The notes below the pieces were generated by a model. That model ran no database searches and had not been told where the DNA came from. It was given only the letters and a program-made list of their open reading frames with translations. Below are positions 60,624 to 64,000 of a stretch of 64,000 nucleotides of DNA, in pieces. Where the stretch lies: assembly GCA_965223265.1 (NCBI GenBank), contig OZ244999.1, positions 6,688,001 to 6,752,000 of the forward strand. Direction: 5' to 3'. Position numbers and translations under genes: made by a program. Position 1 is the stretch's first letter. Each line of letters starts with the position of its first letter. Source of the DNA: Planctomycetota bacterium (GTDB lineage: Bacteria; Planctomycetota; UBA8108; SXIK01).

Positions 60624-61493
60624 CTAATCGAGAGCATCCGCGCCTGTGACGATCTCCATGATTTGCTGGGTGATACTGGCTTGGCGCTCGCGATTGTACT
60701 GCCGCGTGTAGAGACCAATCATCTCGTCGGCGTTGTCGCTGGCGAGTTTCATCGCCATCCGGCGCGCGAGCTGCTCGCTGACGGCGGCTTCGAGAAAGAG
60801 ACGGTAAACCATCTGTTTGACGGAAAGTGGCAGAAGCGTCTCGAGAATCTCCGCTCTGCCAGGCTCGAAGAGCACGTCCACGTTGCGCGGGGACGATTCA
60901 CCCGCGTCGCTCGTCGCCTCGATCGGCAGCACCTGCACGGCCTCGGGTGACTGCTGAGCCGCCGAATAGTAACGCGTTGAGGCGACGACAACGCGGTCGA
61001 CTTCGCGGGCGACAAAGCGCTCGAGAAACAGCTGCGACAATTCCTCGGTCTCTTTGAATGTCGGCTTGTCCTCAAAGTGGGTGTACTGTGCGACGGACGA
61101 CAACTTGAGATAACGGAAGCGCCCGATGCCCTTGCGACCGACGAGATAGACGTCGGTCTCACGTCCTGCCTCACGCTCCTGGCGGAGCCAACGTTCGGCG
61201 AGCGACATCACGTTCGAGTTGTACCCACCACAAAGACCGCGGTTGGCAGTGATGATGAGGAATGCGGTTCGAGTCACATTCTCGCGCGACTCGAGGAGCG
61301 GATGTTCAACGGTACCGGAGGCGCGAAGGTTGCTGAGGATCTCCGCCAGCTTGTTCGAGTAGGGCAGTGTCGCCTCGATGCGGCTCTGCGCCCGCTTCGA
61401 TTTCGCCGTGGCCACCATTTCCATGGTGCGGGTGATCTTCTGCGTGTTGGAGATACTGCGTATCTTTTTCCTGAGATCCCTGGCACTCGCCAT
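60624..61493 (-). CDS. atpG: F1 ATP synthase gamma subunit
   Basis: KITRTMEMVA, RGLCGGYN, YNRERQASITQQIMEIV. Confidence 0.97.
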   Translation of the reverse strand: MASARDLRKKIRSISNTQKITRTMEMVATAKSKRAQSRIEATLPYSNKLAEILSNLRASGTVEHPLLESRENVTRTAFLIITANRGLCGGYNSNVMSLAERWLRQEREAGRETDVYLVGRKGIGRFRYLKLSSVAQYTHFEDKPTFKETEELSQLFLERFVAREVDRVVVASTRYYSAAQQSPEAVQVLPIEATSDAGESSPRNVDVLFEPGRAEILETLLPLSVKQMVYRLFLEAAVSEQLARRMAMKLASDNADEMIGLYTRQYNRERQASITQQIMEIVTGADALD

Positions 61494-61547
61494 CGATGGG
61501 TTCCGCGTTCAGTTTGGGGGGGTCGAAAAGAGAAAACGTAGAGAGCC

Positions 61548-63080
61548 TTAGGCCGCTGAATCCGCCGTCAGAGTCTTGGCGAAATCGCCGACGAACTCGT
61601 CGAGAACCTTCTTGAGGAGCGCTTCAGTCTCGTCGGAGAGATCTTTGTCTTTGTTGATCGCCTCGGGGAGTTCGCTGTAGGCTGAGTGGACGAACTTCAG
61701 GAGCTCGCTCTCGAAGCGACTCACTTCGCTGACCGGGATCTTGTCGAGATAGCCCTTGGTCCCGGCCCAGATCGAAATCACCTGGTCGATGACGTCCATC
61801 GGCACGTACTGATCCTGCTTGAGCAGCTCGACCATGCGGAAACCGCGATCGAGCTGGGCCTGCGTCGCCTTGTCGAGCTCTGTCCCGAGCTGGGCAAAGG
61901 CCTCGAGCTCGCGGAACTGCGCCAGGTCGAGCCGCAGTGATCCTGCGACCTTTTTCATCGCCTTGATCTGAGCGTTGCCACCGACGCGTGACACCGAGAT
62001 GCCAACGTCGACGGCCGGCCGCACGCCGGCGAAGAAGAGATCCGGCTGCAGATAGATCTGGCCGTCGGTGATCGAAATCACATTGGTGGGAATGTACGCC
62101 GACACTTCACCTTCCTGCGTCTCGATGACTGGCAGCGCGGTGAGCGACCCGGCGCCGAGGTCGTCCGAGAGCTTGGCAGCGCGTTCGAGGAGTCGTGAGT
62201 GCAAGTAAAACACGTCTCCCGGATACGCTTCGCGACCCGGGGGGCGACGCAAGAGAAGCGACATCTGTCGATACGCCGCGGCCTGCTTGGTCAAATCGTC
62301 GTAGACGCAAAGGGAATGTCCGCCCTTGTAGGTAAAGTACTCAGCCATGGCGACGCCCGAGTACGGCGCGATGTACTGCATCGGTGCTGGCGAGGACGCC
62401 GGCGCGCTCACCACGATGGTGTAGTCCATGGCGCCCATCTCGTGCAGTCGTTCCACGACGCCCGCAACCGTCGACGCCTTTTGACCAATGGCAACGTAGA
62501 CGCAAATGACGCCTTGACCCTTCTGATTGATGATCGCATCGACACCGATCGCGGTTTTCCCGGTGCCGCGGTCGCCGATGATGAGCTCGCGCTGCCCGCG
62601 CCCGATCGGGATCATGCTATCGATCGCCTTGAGGCCCGTCTGCAGCGGCTCAGACACCGGCTGACGGTCGGCGATGCCGGGGGCGTTCGACTCCACGGGT
62701 CTCTCTTCCGTCGCGTTGATCGGCCCCTTGCCGTCGATCGGGTTGCCGAGCGGATCGACGACGCGACCGACCAATGCATCACCGACTGGCACACGAACGA
62801 CGCCTCCGGTGCGCTTGACGGTGTCGCCTTCGCGTAGATCTTCGTACTCGCCCAAGATCACCGCGCCGATGCTGGACTCCTCCAAGTTGAAGGCAAGGCC
62901 CATCGAGCCGTTCGAGAACTCGAGCATCTCACCGGCGCAGGCTTTCGACAGGCCATAGATCCGCGCGATACCGTCACCGACTTCGACGATCGTGCCTTCT
63001 TCTTCGAGTTGAAAGTCGGACTCGAAACGATCGAGCTCCTTCTTCAGGACGGAAGTAATTTCGCTCGGATTAATTTTCAT
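61548..63080 (-). CDS. atpA: F1 ATP synthase alpha subunit
   Basis: [40 protein letters not shown]. Confidence 0.98.
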   Translation of the reverse strand: MKINPSEITSVLKKELDRFESDFQLEEEGTIVEVGDGIARIYGLSKACAGEMLEFSNGSMGLAFNLEESSIGAVILGEYEDLREGDTVKRTGGVVRVPVGDALVGRVVDPLGNPIDGKGPINATEERPVESNAPGIADRQPVSEPLQTGLKAIDSMIPIGRGQRELIIGDRGTGKTAIGVDAIINQKGQGVICVYVAIGQKASTVAGVVERLHEMGAMDYTIVVSAPASSPAPMQYIAPYSGVAMAEYFTYKGGHSLCVYDDLTKQAAAYRQMSLLLRRPPGREAYPGDVFYLHSRLLERAAKLSDDLGAGSLTALPVIETQEGEVSAYIPTNVISITDGQIYLQPDLFFAGVRPAVDVGISVSRVGGNAQIKAMKKVAGSLRLDLAQFRELEAFAQLGTELDKATQAQLDRGFRMVELLKQDQYVPMDVIDQVISIWAGTKGYLDKIPVSEVSRFESELLKFVHSAYSELPEAINKDKDLSDETEALLKKVLDEFVGDFAKTLTADSAA

Positions 63081-63639
63081 GGACCAACTCGCTTCCTAAC
63101 TTGAGAGATGACATGCGCTGGCCGATCTCGTCCACCGCAGTGCGCAGACTGCTGTCGGCTACCATTCCGGAGAAGCGCACCACCATGCCGCCCAGGATTT
63201 CTGCGTCGACTTCGCTCTCGAGCTCGACCCGTTTGTCGAGCCGCTTCTCGAGGGTCGTCTGGAGCTGCTCGCGCACGTCCGCTTCGAGCGGGACCGCCGT
63301 CGTCACGTTGACGTGCACCAGTCCGATCTTCTCGTCATAGAGAACTCTGAACTCTTCAAAGATCTCGTCAAGACTCGAAGCGCGGCCGTTGCGAACGACA
63401 AGCAACACGAACTTGTAAAGCGTGTCGCTTGTCTTTCCCTTCAAGGTCTTCGAGAGGACCTCAAGCTTCTCGTCCGTTTCAACGCGCGGGCTCTCGAGAA
63501 AAAGTCGCAGTCGCGGTTCCACTTCGAGAAAGTGAGCGAAGAAGTCCGCCTCTTCACGCACCGCCTCCAGGTCGCCTTTTTCTTCAGCGGCCTCGAGGAG
63601 AGTTCGAGCGTAGGTTACGACGAAGGTCTCAGTCTTCAT
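63070..63639 (-). CDS. atpH: F1 ATP synthase delta subunit
   Basis: [28 protein letters not shown]...DSSLR; overlaps the atpA start. Confidence 0.93.
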   Translation of the reverse strand: MKTETFVVTYARTLLEAAEEKGDLEAVREEADFFAHFLEVEPRLRLFLESPRVETDEKLEVLSKTLKGKTSDTLYKFVLLVVRNGRASSLDEIFEEFRVLYDEKIGLVHVNVTTAVPLEADVREQLQTTLEKRLDKRVELESEVDAEILGGMVVRFSGMVADSSLRTAVDEIGQRMSSLKLGSELVHEN

Positions 63640-63741
63640 GCGCTCTCTGGAGAATGGTCGTTTGAAAAACGGTGCTCAGTCTGAACAGCAACAAGCATTG
63701 CGGCAGGTCATCCAGACGCAGAACGGCAGCCAAAAGGCCGC

Positions 63742-64000
63742 TCAGCCGACTGGAAAACTCTTGATACGATCCTCGATCAATTGCTTCTGGTCTTCGACGG
63801 TGAGGTTCTTGCGGATTAACTCGTTCGCGATGTCAACCGCCAGTTGTGATGACAGATCCTTGAGCTCGGCGACCGCCTGGTTCTTGGTGTGCTCGATCTC
63901 ACGGCGCGAGCGCGCTGTGATCTCCTCAGCGTCGCGCCGTGCACCTTCGACGATGGAGTTCTTCAGCTTCTGAGCGTCGGAGCGTCCCTCTTCGATGATC
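63742..64000 (-). CDS. atpF: F0 ATP synthase subunit b (3' part; runs off the window)
   Basis: Reverse strand reads IIEEGRSDAQKLKNSIVEGARRDAEE...EIEHTKNQAVAELKDLSSQLAVDIA...SFPVG*, immediately upstream of atpH; not in the ORF track. Confidence 0.9.
   Translation of the reverse strand, partial: IIEEGRSDAQKLKNSIVEGARRDAEEITARSRREIEHTKNQAVAELKDLSSQLAVDIANELIRKNLTVEDQKQLIEDRIKSFPVG

Overview
GC-rich bacterial DNA, probably Planctomycetota (inferred from an LEPR-xLL giant protein and a Hanks kinase-sensor fusion). In order: (1) a Ser/Thr kinase fused to a transmembrane helix and a PhnD-like binding domain, split by a complete IS4-family element with a 10-bp target-site duplication; (2) a corrinoid methyl-transfer cluster resembling a split methionine synthase, with a palindromic MITE inside it; (3) a ~38-kb surface-protein and export locus, the main candidate system: PAS-GGDEF cyclase, 8707-aa repetitive protein with a C-terminal hydrophobic motif, PilZ protein, and a divergent operon of GAF-HlyD, M50 protease-HlyD, degenerate SecA-like protein, membrane fusion protein and TolC, with no ABC transporter; (4) housekeeping genes (E2 acyltransferase, M24 peptidase, SirB1-like, B3/B4, MocA-like, redoxin, JAB-DinG, metF, atpF-H-A-G-D-C) plus a candidate sigma-54-driven GGA-rich small RNA. 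All family calls come from motif recognition by eye; no database searches were run.
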